Shown piece by piece: positions 8,790 through 17,954 of a stretch of DNA of 64,000 nt; position 1 is the first letter of the stretch, and each line of letters begins with the position of its first letter. Location of the stretch: IMG/VR virus record IMGVR_UViG_3300025057_000004, positions 24,920 to 88,919 of that record, one strand, 5' to 3'. A program made the translations under genes and the position numbers. This DNA comes from a virus. The notes below the pieces were generated by a model. The model was not told the DNA's origin. It worked only from the letters and a program-made list of their open reading frames with translations, and searched no databases.

Positions 8790-9475
8790 TAGAAGTACAA
8801 CACAAGGATTCTCATACGAGATTCAATAGTGTTGACTGGTTCGGTGATTTCAGAGAGATAACTATCGGTGGTGTCGGCACTATCGGTAGTTGGCTTTCTC
8901 TGTTATTGGCAAGAACTGGTGAACACGAATTGATCATGTATGATGATGATCAGGTTGAAAGCATCAATCTATCAGGACAACTGTTCTCGAAAGATGATGT
9001 TGGCAGATCTAAAACGGACAGTGCACGTGATAACATATTCTCATTTACTGAGATATCAGATCAGAAAGTGCATTCGATGAATCAGAAACTTACGAGCGAA
9101 TCGTATGTATCTGCAATCTCATTCTCTTGCTTTGACAATATGAAAGCACGTAAAGAGATGTTCAACAAATGGAAGACCCTTGAGAACAGAGAGCTTTTCA
9201 TTGATGGTCGTATGACCATTGAAACATACGAAGTGTATGTTGTAAAGAAAGGAGATGAGAAACGCTACGAGCAGACACTGTTTGATGATTCACAGGTAGC
9301 AGAACAGATATGTTCTTTGAAGAACACATCACATACAGGTGCGCTCATTGCTGCAAGAATGGTAACTTCATTCACAAACCATATTGCCAATCAGATAATG
9401 GGCATTGATATACGTGAAGTACCATTTCATTTTAGAGAAGATATGCAATTACAGTTAATTACTATGGAATGTTAG
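8786..9475 (+). CDS. ThiF/MoeB/E1-like adenylating enzyme
   Basis: GxGxxG (GGVGTIGS), YDDDQVESINLSGQ, K76, CFDNMKAR, IDGR, and candidate catalytic Cys176 (EQICSLK). ATGA overlap with the JAB gene. Confidence 0.9.
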   Translation: MIEVQHKDSHTRFNSVDWFGDFREITIGGVGTIGSWLSLLLARTGEHELIMYDDDQVESINLSGQLFSKDDVGRSKTDSARDNIFSFTEISDQKVHSMNQKLTSESYVSAISFSCFDNMKARKEMFNKWKTLENRELFIDGRMTIETYEVYVVKKGDEKRYEQTLFDDSQVAEQICSLKNTSHTGALIAARMVTSFTNHIANQIMGIDIREVPFHFREDMQLQLITMEC

Positions 9476-9957
9476 CAGAAATAATAAAACATTATGATGA
9501 TCCTTATAAAATTGATCTTTATGATTTTAGACGTTTATATCTTTCTAATGAAAAACAGTCTTTTAAAAGATTGTCTCCTATAGTACATAATACACTTGTA
9601 CCTGTTATTTATGCTATTACAGGTACCAATAAAATAAATGATCGTCAGGTAAATGGTATATACGAAAGTATATATGATTCTAATCGAGGCTTTTATGTAA
9701 ATGCTGTTGCGTGTATAGATCATAGAGAAGTAAAGAAAGTGCGTGAGAATTTTATTCATGCATTACTTAACCACCACGATTTTATGAAAGTGACAAATAT
9801 CACGTTTGTTCTTGAAAATGATAACGCTGAAGTAGCTATTCCAAGTGATTTTATAGCTAAGAAAGAAATGCTTGCTGATGTACAGAACAATCTGTCAACT
9901 ATGATCAAGCAGTCTATTGAGAAAGATAATGAATTAGGTTTAATGATAGTAGAATAA
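9469..9957 (+). CDS. Hypothetical protein coupled to the ThiF gene
   Basis: 162-aa AT-rich ORF overlapping the ThiF stop, TAATG-coupled to the next gene. Confidence 0.65.
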   Translation: MLAEIIKHYDDPYKIDLYDFRRLYLSNEKQSFKRLSPIVHNTLVPVIYAITGTNKINDRQVNGIYESIYDSNRGFYVNAVACIDHREVKKVRENFIHALLNHHDFMKVTNITFVLENDNAEVAIPSDFIAKKEMLADVQNNLSTMIKQSIEKDNELGLMIVE

Positions 9958-11030
9958 TGGAAAGAAACAATTATTTTGAAAGGAAGGCAGTGTCACGTTC
10001 ACTGCTTTCCGAATTTGCTCGTCATCCACAACGAGCTAAAGCAATGCTTGACGGTACTGCAGTAAAAGTAGAGAGTGATGCGATGAACTTCGGTAGCATG
10101 TTCGATTCTTTGATGTTTGATACAGCACAGGAGTTTTCTTCTAAGTATCGTGTATCGCAATATGAGAATCCTTGGACAGACAGACGTAAGAATACAGGTA
10201 AGTTTACATATGCTCTTGAGCAGATAATGCAGGAGACACTTGCTAATGATGCGACTGCAGACCTTGAGACAATGTTTATGCAAGCATATACACAGTCAGG
10301 TATCAAGAGTCCTAAAGTATATGATCTTATTGCTGAGTTTGTAGAAGTAGGAGGTAGAGATTGGGCATCCGAGTATATGATGGCAAGTAAGATCACTCTT
10401 ATTACTCAAGAAGAGTACAACAAAGCTGCTGCAATGAAAGCAATGCTTATCAACAATAAGTATGTAGGTGATATGTTTGTAATGGATGTACCTGAAAGTC
10501 ATAGTGTGTTGCGTGATAAGGTTGAAATCATATATCAAATGGATATATCATTTGAAATGGAAGGCGTTCAATGTAAGGCACTTCCAGATATTGTTATTAT
10601 TGATCACGAGACGAAGGTTATACAGGTTGTAGACCTTAAAACAACATCTTCTTACGATCATAGTGTGATGTCATCATTTATGAAGTTTGGATATGATTAT
10701 CAGGCTGCATGGTATACACTTGCTATTGAGATGATCACACAGCAAGCAGGACCATTGCAAGGCTATACAGTATCTCCTTCATTCTTATTTGTATTTGTTG
10801 ATACAGTACAAGGTAATGAGCCTATATGTGTAAAGATGTCAGAAATGGATGTTGATTGTGCTATCAATGGTGGTTATAGATACAACAGAAAACGCAAAGG
10901 TATTCTTGACGTATTCAGAGACTATCTATGGCATGTCAATAATGATCTGTGGGATTATCATAGAGACTATTACGAGAACGATGGTGTTATCATAACTGAT
11001 ATTTACGACAATGTTCTTGAAGGAGTCTGA
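9957..11030 (+). CDS. PD-(D/E)XK exonuclease (RecE/ExoVIII-like)
   Basis: VSRSLL and AMNFGSMFD in the N-terminus; CKALPDIV, VVDLKTT and YDYQAAWY motifs. Confidence 0.8.
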   Translation: MERNNYFERKAVSRSLLSEFARHPQRAKAMLDGTAVKVESDAMNFGSMFDSLMFDTAQEFSSKYRVSQYENPWTDRRKNTGKFTYALEQIMQETLANDATADLETMFMQAYTQSGIKSPKVYDLIAEFVEVGGRDWASEYMMASKITLITQEEYNKAAAMKAMLINNKYVGDMFVMDVPESHSVLRDKVEIIYQMDISFEMEGVQCKALPDIVIIDHETKVIQVVDLKTTSSYDHSVMSSFMKFGYDYQAAWYTLAIEMITQQAGPLQGYTVSPSFLFVFVDTVQGNEPICVKMSEMDVDCAINGGYRYNRKRKGILDVFRDYLWHVNNDLWDYHRDYYENDGVIITDIYDNVLEGV

Positions 11031-11790
11031 GATAAAAGGTGTCATTACCTATACAGGCTTTCACATTCAGATAAGTGTAAAAGAAGATGGTGAGATTGAA
11101 GAGATGGAAGACGAAAACGGTTTTTTCTATGAAATTAGAAAGAACGGAAAACGTTTATTCTTCAAAGGAGACCATATCTATGTCAAAGATGTAGGTTGGT
11201 ATCAACTCAACGATATTGCTCTGATGCGTTCTCATAACGGTATCAGAGTATATCGCGGTCTTACTATGGAGAGATCAGATACATCACTCTTGATACTGCC
11301 TGTATATGGTGGTACAAGAGCTGATGTGTCATTCTCTACACATCTTATGAATGCTTATCTATATCGTGAAGGTTGTATGGATGGTTGCATATGGGTTCTT
11401 ATGAAAAGACCTTATGTTGTTGACAGTAGATATGAGAATGCAATGCATTTCTTCAGGTCATCTGATCACTTTATGCGTGAAGAAGAACTCGGTAGTGAGT
11501 ATGTAATGCTTACACTTGCAATACCTGATGACTTTGTTGAAGATCTTGTACGCATTCGCGTTGGTAAATTTTCAGAGATCAGTGAGTCTCATAAAAAGCG
11601 TATTTATGATTTTCATATGATACGTGATAAATACAACAAGATTCGTCTTGAATTGGAGAAGAGTCCTCTTCTGCGTGATAAGATGGAGAAAGAGTATGAT
11701 ATTGAGATTCCAGAAGGTAGTGAATTACGCTCACGTATGGATGAAGATAGAGAAACATTTTATGATAAATACATAATATATGAGCGTTGA
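11011..11790 (+). CDS. Hypothetical protein
   Basis: 259-aa ORF overlapping both neighbours; no motif recognised. Confidence 0.7.
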   Translation: MFLKESEIKGVITYTGFHIQISVKEDGEIEEMEDENGFFYEIRKNGKRLFFKGDHIYVKDVGWYQLNDIALMRSHNGIRVYRGLTMERSDTSLLILPVYGGTRADVSFSTHLMNAYLYREGCMDGCIWVLMKRPYVVDSRYENAMHFFRSSDHFMREEELGSEYVMLTLAIPDDFVEDLVRIRVGKFSEISESHKKRIYDFHMIRDKYNKIRLELEKSPLLRDKMEKEYDIEIPEGSELRSRMDEDRETFYDKYIIYER

Positions 11791-12487
11791 AAAGGTAATG
11801 ACAGACCTTTTCGGTATCGGTTGGTATGGTGCTATGAGGACATATCTTCAGTCTCAGGACTTTGCAAACTTAGGTCATTGGTTGATGGCTGAACGTAAGC
11901 AAAGAGTAGTATATCCTGAACAGAAGAATGTCTTCAAGGCATTCCAATTGACACCGTATGAAAAGGTAAAAGTAGTATTCTTAGGTCTTGATCCTTACAT
12001 CAGAAAAAATCAGGCAACAGGTTTGTCTTTTGGTGTTGATATTGACAAGACAGACAGAAAGATACCACCATCACTGAAGACCATCATTAAAGAGTTGGAG
12101 GAAGATCTTGATACATTGTGTCTTGATTTTGATTATTCTTTGGAAGGATGGGCAAAACAGGGAGTGCTTATGCTCAATACATCATTGACCGTACAGGATG
12201 GACAGACGAACTCACATTTGAATATGTGGAAACCGTTCACACTGGAGGTAATTGATGCAATAAATGATATGAATGAGAATGTCATATTCATTCTATTGGG
12301 TAGAACAGCACAATCCTATGAGAAATATCTTGACCCTGATTCTACAAGAATCATAAAAGCACCACACCCTGCAGCAGAAGCATACGCAGGAGGCAAGGCA
12401 GGATTCTATGGGAGTAAGATATTCAGTAAGTGTAACAGCATGCTGTATATGCTTGGAAAAGAAGAGATAAACTGGAATATAAAATAA
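11780..12487 (+). CDS. ung: Uracil-DNA glycosylase (family 1)
   Basis: VYP, KVVFLGLDPY (GQDPY variant), ATGLSF, PPSL, WAKQGVLMLNTSLTV and HP motifs. Confidence 0.93.
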   Translation: MSVEKVMTDLFGIGWYGAMRTYLQSQDFANLGHWLMAERKQRVVYPEQKNVFKAFQLTPYEKVKVVFLGLDPYIRKNQATGLSFGVDIDKTDRKIPPSLKTIIKELEEDLDTLCLDFDYSLEGWAKQGVLMLNTSLTVQDGQTNSHLNMWKPFTLEVIDAINDMNENVIFILLGRTAQSYEKYLDPDSTRIIKAPHPAAEAYAGGKAGFYGSKIFSKCNSMLYMLGKEEINWNIK

Positions 12488-12490
12488 ACT

Positions 12491-12724
12491 ATGTATTTAG
12501 ACTATAAGTGTACAGTTTGGAGAAGGATACATTTTTCTGAAAAACAGAATGATGTAGACAAAATCCTTGAAGATATCAAGGGAGGGTATCATCCTGATAT
12601 TGTAGATGCAGAGTATGAAACTCTATATGATACTTCAGAAGATATGACAGTAGATGAGAATGGAGGTTCTTCAACTATTGAATTGTATGATAATAATGAA
12701 TTAATATTTCAAAACGGAGAGTAA
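12491..12724 (+). CDS. Small acidic hypothetical protein
   Basis: ATG ORF, TAATG-coupled to the next gene. Confidence 0.7.
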   Translation: MYLDYKCTVWRRIHFSEKQNDVDKILEDIKGGYHPDIVDAEYETLYDTSEDMTVDENGGSSTIELYDNNELIFQNGE

Positions 12725-13092
12725 TGGGAAGATATTATAACGGAGATGTAGAAGGTAAATTCTGGTTTGCCATTCAAGGCAGTGATGCACCTGAAAGATT
12801 TGGTGCGTTTGAAAGAGATCGGGAGTATATAGACTATGCTATTGATCGTGAATCTTTACCTGAGATCATAGAAGAAATAAAAAGCATTGAATCAAACCCT
12901 AAAGTTCAATTGCTTATGAAGCTATGTGATGAATCAGACACGATATCTATAACAGATGCATGGCAAAAAGAGAACGGTGTATCAAGAGAAGACCTTGCAG
13001 AATATGCAGATCTTACTCTTGGTAGAAAGATACGTGACTTCTTTGAGTCTGATTCAGACAATGATTATTGTGAAATACAAGCAGATCTATAA
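12724..13092 (+). CDS. Hypothetical protein (MGRYYNGDVEGKFWF N-terminus)
   Basis: 122-aa ORF, TAATG-coupled on both sides. Confidence 0.75.
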   Translation: MGRYYNGDVEGKFWFAIQGSDAPERFGAFERDREYIDYAIDRESLPEIIEEIKSIESNPKVQLLMKLCDESDTISITDAWQKENGVSREDLAEYADLTLGRKIRDFFESDSDNDYCEIQADL

Positions 13093-13328
13093 TGAGTAAA
13101 GAAAAAACAATACGACCCGAGCTATTTGAAATAATAGTTGAGCACGGTACATACTATGTAGTAGCTTACGATGCAGCTCATGCTATTACATCATTGATTG
13201 AAAAATGGAGTAGTGAAAAAGATATTAAATCAGTAAAGAAATTGACGGATGATGTATTGAAAATTCTATTCGTAGCTAAAGAATGTTTACCTCAAGGGCT
13301 TGTAAATAAAACTATAGAAAATGAGTGA
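13092..13328 (+). CDS. Small hypothetical protein
   Basis: Coupled ORF in the small-gene cluster. Confidence 0.65.
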   Translation: MSKEKTIRPELFEIIVEHGTYYVVAYDAAHAITSLIEKWSSEKDIKSVKKLTDDVLKILFVAKECLPQGLVNKTIENE

Positions 13329-13530
13329 TGTAATAATGACGAATAAGCTTGAGCTTGCTTCAGAACTTGCTCATAGGATGCTTGTGATAGAATGGGATGA
13401 CCGTTCTGAGAGCATATATGAAGATGATACCGCAGGCGTGACAGTATATACTGAGAACGCACAGGACATCTTCAATGACTATTACGATATGTTTTTAACA
13501 ATTATAGAAGATACACGTTATGACAAATAA
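13321..13530 (+). CDS. Small acidic hypothetical protein
   Basis: Overlapping ORF in the small-gene cluster. Confidence 0.65.
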   Translation: MSDVIMTNKLELASELAHRMLVIEWDDRSESIYEDDTAGVTVYTENAQDIFNDYYDMFLTIIEDTRYDK

Positions 13531-13768
13531 AGATTCTATTATCAACCATGTTCAAAAAATATCATGGTTCGATCACGATGAAACTGATGGTAACAAGCTT
13601 ACTTTCAGTACACGTGAGAACGGTAATGTCGGTGATGAAGAGCCAGGAGATAAAGATATTCAAATGGCACACCGTGTAGCTGGTGATATACGTCATCAGT
13701 ATGATGTGAAGAATATTGAAGTTTCTTCAGTAGATGAATGGGTATACCTTGAATTTGAAATAGTATGA
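13520..13768 (+). CDS. Small acidic hypothetical protein
   Basis: Overlapping ORF in the small-gene cluster. Confidence 0.65.
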   Translation: MTNKDSIINHVQKISWFDHDETDGNKLTFSTRENGNVGDEEPGDKDIQMAHRVAGDIRHQYDVKNIEVSSVDEWVYLEFEIV

Positions 13769-13935
13769 AAAGAACATATGCATATATTGTAACGCTTACC
13801 AATGATGGTGGAGATACACAATTTAAAGTTGCTATTGCAGCTACTGATGATGATGGATTAAAAAAGCAAGTTGCTGAATTATATCCTGATTACGAGTGGT
13901 ACTCGCATGTTGATGAAAAATATCCGTTAGTGTAA
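13765..13935 (+). CDS. Small hypothetical protein, 56 aa (not in ORF track): MKRTYAYIVTLTNDGGDTQFKVAIAATDDDGLKKQVAELYPDYEWYSHVDEKYPLV
   Basis: ATGA overlap with the previous stop; ends just before a terminator. Confidence 0.65.
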   Translation: MKRTYAYIVTLTNDGGDTQFKVAIAATDDDGLKKQVAELYPDYEWYSHVDEKYPLV

Positions 13936-13966
13936 AATTAATTGATATTTTATTTGCAAAACCTAT

Positions 13967-14007
13967 AAGGGAGGCTGTATATTCGCAGCTTCCCTTTTTT
14001 ATTTTTT
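13967..14007 (+). terminator. Rho-independent terminator
   Basis: AAGGGAGGCTG-tatattcg-CAGCTTCCCTT followed by TTTTATTTTTT. Confidence 0.8.
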
Positions 14008-14011
14008 GAAT

Positions 14012-14191
14012 ATGGCAAATTTCTATAGTATACAAGGTCAATGCGCAGCTTTTGTGGCTGGTAGACTCAGTGACCTTCAGTGGAAGAATATATCTCATGT
14101 AAAGAGGGGTAAAAAGCAGTGTATACTGCATATGAAGAATGGAGATAGATATGAACTCAAGATTGAAAAACTAAAACGTAATGAAAGTTAA
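14012..14191 (+). CDS. Small basic hypothetical protein
   Basis: ATG at 14012 (MANFYS...), overlapping the next gene. Confidence 0.55.
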   Translation: MANFYSIQGQCAAFVAGRLSDLQWKNISHVKRGKKQCILHMKNGDRYELKIEKLKRNES

Positions 14192-14690
14192 TCCATTACA
14201 CTCGTACATAACAGTGTGGTTAGAAAAGATCGGCATGAAAAAGCCTAATAGACCATCCCTTATGACACCTGAACAGAAAAAGATGAATATGATGCTCATC
14301 GATGAAGAAGTTCAGGAACTTATGATTGCATTGTCAAAGAATGATGACATTGTAGAACTATGTGATGCGTACTTTGATGTACTATGGGTAGTTACTCAGT
14401 CAGCAATGATGAACGGTATCAATATCAATGATATTGTACGTGCAGGAGCTGCGAGTAACCTTAGTAAATTCTGTGATACGCATGAAGAAGCTATTCAAAC
14501 AGTCACAGCATATATGAATGGTACACATCCTAATAAAAAAGGTGTATTTATTGAAACCCGTATTGAGGAGGTCAACGGTTCTTATGTTATTAAACGTACT
14601 AAAGATGGTAAAGTACTGAAGAGTATCAGTTTCAGAGAACCTGATTTCAGCTTTATTGAAAACCGTATGAAAAAAACAGAAGCCGTATGA
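14181..14690 (+). CDS. MazG-like / PRA-PH-type nucleoside-triphosphate pyrophosphohydrolase
   Basis: LIDEEVQEL...LCDAYFDVLWV (EExxE...DxxD), SNLSK and KDGKVLK motifs; adjacent to the RNR. Confidence 0.75.
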   Translation: MKVNPLHSYITVWLEKIGMKKPNRPSLMTPEQKKMNMMLIDEEVQELMIALSKNDDIVELCDAYFDVLWVVTQSAMMNGININDIVRAGAASNLSKFCDTHEEAIQTVTAYMNGTHPNKKGVFIETRIEEVNGSYVIKRTKDGKVLKSISFREPDFSFIENRMKKTEAV

Positions 14691-17221
14691 ATAGCAAGGA
14701 ATATTTCAATGATGATGAACTTGCCGCTTCCGTATGGGAAGGTAAGTATGCTGCAGAAGGTGAAAACAATCCTGATGACATGCATAGACGCATGGCAAAA
14801 GAGTTTGCGAGAATTGAAGAATCGTATCTTAAAAATGACGAACCGATAGAGATCGTTGCAGTAAAACATTCAAATCTTAGCAATTACGGTAAGAGCAGAA
14901 GCTTTCTTACAGCAGATAAAATATATATGCTGTTCAAGAATTTCAAATACATAGTTCCTCAAGGTTCTATTATGTCAATGCTCGGAGTAGATAAGATAGG
15001 TTCTCTGTCTAACTGCTTTGTAATAGGACAACCTGAAGACAGCTACGGTGGTATCCTTCAAAAGGATGAACAGCTTGTACAGCTTATGAAGAGGCGTGGA
15101 GGTGTCGGTATAGACATCTCTACACTTAGACCAAGTGGTACAGATGTTACCAATGCTGCTAAGACATCTACTGGTGCAGCTTCATTCATGGAGCGTTTCT
15201 CTAATAGTACAAGAGAGGTAGCACAAGGAGGTCGTAGAGGTGCGTTGATGATTACTATTGATGTACGTCATCCTGATGTCTTTGAGTTTGTCAACATCAA
15301 GAAGGACAGAACAAAAGTTACAGGAGCTAACATCTCAGTTATGCTTCGAGATGATTTCATGGAAGCTGTCAAGAATGATGAGGATTACATGCTTAGATTT
15401 CCATGTAATCTTGAAAATAGGGATATTATAGGGACTCTTGAAGAATCTGAAAAAGTAGTTACTAAAAAGATCAGAGCCAAAGAACTCTATGATTCGATTG
15501 TAGAGAATGCATGGGAGAATGCAGAGCCAGGACAGATGTTCATTGATAGACATTGGGATTATAGTCCTGATGGTGCATATGAACAATATCGCGGTGTAAC
15601 TACAAATCCTTGCGGTGAAATATTCATGCAACCTTATGATGCATGTAGATTGATGGCTATTAATCTGCTCAGTTTTGTAGAGAATCCTTACACAGATGAG
15701 GCGTATATTGATTGGGTAAAACTGTATGAAGTTGCTTATGAACAACAAAGACTCGCTGATGATCTGGTCGATCTTGAACTTGAACACATATCTCGAATCC
15801 TTGCTAAGATACACTCCGATGAAGAATCTGATGAAGTTAAAAGAACTGAAATTAAACTTTGGGAAAAAGTGTATGATGTTGCTTCTGCAGGTAGGCGTAC
15901 TGGTTGCGGGTTTACTGCTCTCGGTGATATGCTTGCTGCTGTGGGGGTTGCTTACGACTCTCAACAAGGTTGTGATTATATTGAGAAAGTAATGCATACC
16001 AAGATGGAAGCAGAGCTTGATTGTACTATTGATCTTGCTATTCTTAGAGGTTCGTTTGAAGGTTGGGATTATAATGAAGAATTTGTAAAAATGAGTTCTG
16101 TTGGAACTAATGATTTTTACCAAATGCTTTGTGATGAATTTCCTGAACAAGCTGAGAGAATGTATATTTATGGACGCAGAAACGTTTCGTGGAGTACAGT
16201 TGCACCTACAGGTTCAGTAAGTATCCTGACACAGACTACATCAGGTTTAGAGCCTTTATTTGCTCCTTACTACATGCGTAGAAAGAAAGTGAATCCAGGC
16301 GAAGAAGGTGTACGTGTTGACTTTGTAGATCAGAATGGTGATAATTGGATGGAATATCCCGTTATGCATCCTCAATTTATTGAGTGGTGTAAAGAACATG
16401 AACCTGATGCAACTAAAGATGTATTGGAAAGCTTAACTAAAGCTCAATTAGACTCTTTATTTGAAGAGTCACCGTGGTATAACTCATGTGCTCCTGATAT
16501 TGATTGGAAGAAACGTGTAGATGTGCAAGCTATCATTCAGAAGTATACATCACATTCGATAAGTTCAACTATTAACTTGCCGAATGATGTTACCAAAGAA
16601 GAAGTAGCTGAGATCTACATACATTCCTATGATAAAGGTCTGAAAGGAGTTACAGTATATCGTGACGGTTGTCGTACAGGTGTGCTTGTAACAGAAACTG
16701 CAAAATCAAATGATAAGTTTGAGTATCACGATGCTCCTAAACGTCCTGATTGTTTACCTGTAGATATTCATACTACAGTATCAAAAGGAGTAAAATGGAA
16801 TGTCATTGTAGGACTGTTCGATAGTAAGCCGTATGAGGTCTTTGCCATTCCGCACTTTACGAATGAAACTGAACTCGAACTGTGCAAGATCAAAAGAGGT
16901 AGATACGATCTGCTGAAAAACGGTGATACATACAGTGAAGATATAACCTCTCAGATTACTGATGAGCAGGATGTATTGACACGTATGGTAAGCACAGCGT
17001 TAAGACACGGAGCTGATATAACATTCATTGTTGAGCAATTGAATAAGTCTCACGGTGATATTACCAGTTTCAGCAAAGCTATTGCAAGAACTCTTAAAAA
17101 ATACATCGATGAAAAGAAGATGGTATCAAGAGCAGCCTGTACCGAATGCGGAAGTAATAATGTCGTATTTGAAGAAGGTTGTCTTATGTGTAAAGACTGC
17201 GGTAGCTCGAAATGTGGATAG
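14687..17221 (+). CDS. nrdJ: Class II (adenosylcobalamin-dependent) ribonucleotide reductase
   Basis: SLSNCFV, RRGGVG, GRRGALM, TNPCGEI, TVAPTGS, SSTINLP and KGVTVYRDG motifs; C-terminal Zn ribbon (CTECG...CLMCKDCGSSKCG). No beta-subunit gene nearby. Confidence 0.92.
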   Translation: MNSKEYFNDDELAASVWEGKYAAEGENNPDDMHRRMAKEFARIEESYLKNDEPIEIVAVKHSNLSNYGKSRSFLTADKIYMLFKNFKYIVPQGSIMSMLGVDKIGSLSNCFVIGQPEDSYGGILQKDEQLVQLMKRRGGVGIDISTLRPSGTDVTNAAKTSTGAASFMERFSNSTREVAQGGRRGALMITIDVRHPDVFEFVNIKKDRTKVTGANISVMLRDDFMEAVKNDEDYMLRFPCNLENRDIIGTLEESEKVVTKKIRAKELYDSIVENAWENAEPGQMFIDRHWDYSPDGAYEQYRGVTTNPCGEIFMQPYDACRLMAINLLSFVENPYTDEAYIDWVKLYEVAYEQQRLADDLVDLELEHISRILAKIHSDEESDEVKRTEIKLWEKVYDVASAGRRTGCGFTALGDMLAAVGVAYDSQQGCDYIEKVMHTKMEAELDCTIDLAILRGSFEGWDYNEEFVKMSSVGTNDFYQMLCDEFPEQAERMYIYGRRNVSWSTVAPTGSVSILTQTTSGLEPLFAPYYMRRKKVNPGEEGVRVDFVDQNGDNWMEYPVMHPQFIEWCKEHEPDATKDVLESLTKAQLDSLFEESPWYNSCAPDIDWKKRVDVQAIIQKYTSHSISSTINLPNDVTKEEVAEIYIHSYDKGLKGVTVYRDGCRTGVLVTETAKSNDKFEYHDAPKRPDCLPVDIHTTVSKGVKWNVIVGLFDSKPYEVFAIPHFTNETELELCKIKRGRYDLLKNGDTYSEDITSQITDEQDVLTRMVSTALRHGADITFIVEQLNKSHGDITSFSKAIARTLKKYIDEKKMVSRAACTECGSNNVVFEEGCLMCKDCGSSKCG

Positions 17222-17230
17222 ATAATAATT

Positions 17231-17263
17231 GAAGGGGAGGGAAACCTCCTCTTCTTTATTTTT
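17231..17263 (+). terminator. Rho-independent terminator after nrdJ
   Basis: GAAGGGGAGG-GAAA-CCTCCTCTTC with a GNRA loop, followed by TTTATTTTT. Confidence 0.85.
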
Positions 17264-17268
17264 ATATT

Positions 17269-17655
17269 ATGGAAGATATTATAAAAAAGTGGCAGCATAT
17301 TCTTAGGCTTAAGGATTGGATTATTAAAACCAATAAGATTTATCCAGAGAGTATAATCTATAATGGCGAGAAGTATTTTATAGGTATTCATAGAGATTTT
17401 GGTAGAAAACTTGGAATCATATACCACGATGTAGATCTTACAGAAGAAGACATAATACACGAACTCCTTCACATCGTATTTCCTATACCTCAAGAAGATG
17501 AGTCTTATGAAGACTATGAGCGTTGGATAACTGAGGCTGCAGAGAATCTTGCTCAATCTGAAGATGTTTGGAAACCTGTTTGTAATATTCCAAAAATGTT
17601 TACAGGATTTCAACCTTATCATCACTTAGAAGCATTCAATAAAAATGAAAAATGA
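17269..17655 (+). CDS. Small HExxH zincin-like protein
   Basis: DIIHELLHIVF motif with downstream Glu residues. Confidence 0.6.
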   Translation: MEDIIKKWQHILRLKDWIIKTNKIYPESIIYNGEKYFIGIHRDFGRKLGIIYHDVDLTEEDIIHELLHIVFPIPQEDESYEDYERWITEAAENLAQSEDVWKPVCNIPKMFTGFQPYHHLEAFNKNEK

Positions 17656-17735
17656 GATACGGATATATAGGATATTCTTATGTATCCTTCTCATTATTCT
17701 TATAATAGTATCACATAAATATTATAGACTTAAAA

Positions 17736-17954
17736 ATGAATCCACAACTACACGTAGAGAGAGTGCTAAAGAGATGCTTTGAAGTTTACCCACCCAAGGG
17801 TAAGGAGCATCGTAAGTTTTTTAAGAACCTTGTTAAGCAGGGTAGTATGCCTGAGAAGATGGCGAGTATGATCGTCAGGATCATTGAGAACCCGAACTGT
17901 GTGTACATAGTGAAGGCTGACGGAACGCTGAAGATATTAGATAGTGCGGAATAA
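17736..17954 (+). CDS. Small basic hypothetical protein
   Basis: 72-aa ATG ORF after an A-rich leader. Confidence 0.55.
   Translation: MNPQLHVERVLKRCFEVYPPKGKEHRKFFKNLVKQGSMPEKMASMIVRIIENPNCVYIVKADGTLKILDSAE

Noticed and set aside
6140-9475. Thiamine or molybdopterin biosynthesis (ThiS/ThiF, MoaD/MoeB) auxiliary metabolic genes
   Set aside because: No ThiG, MoaE, desulfurase or rhodanese genes are in the window, and the JAMM peptidase and E2-like gene point to protein conjugation. Not formally excluded.
13940-13960. Possible Bacteroidota promoter at TTTATTTGCA
   Set aside because: It does not match TAnnTTTG and lies directly upstream of a terminator.
15335-16150. 271-aa antisense ORF and the many other opposite-strand or nested ORFs in the track
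   Set aside because: They lie within well-supported genes, run against the local transcription direction and show no motifs; treated as shadow ORFs.
14687-17221. Intron or intein in nrdJ, helicase or RNAP
   Set aside because: The ORFs are continuous, nrdJ and the helicase are of normal length, and no intein splice motifs or homing endonuclease motifs were noticed.
17645-17782. Possible 45-aa single-TM peptide (MKNEIRIYRIFLCILLIILIIVSHK...)
   Set aside because: It overlaps the next ORF by 47 nt and an alternative short frame exists; too ambiguous to call.
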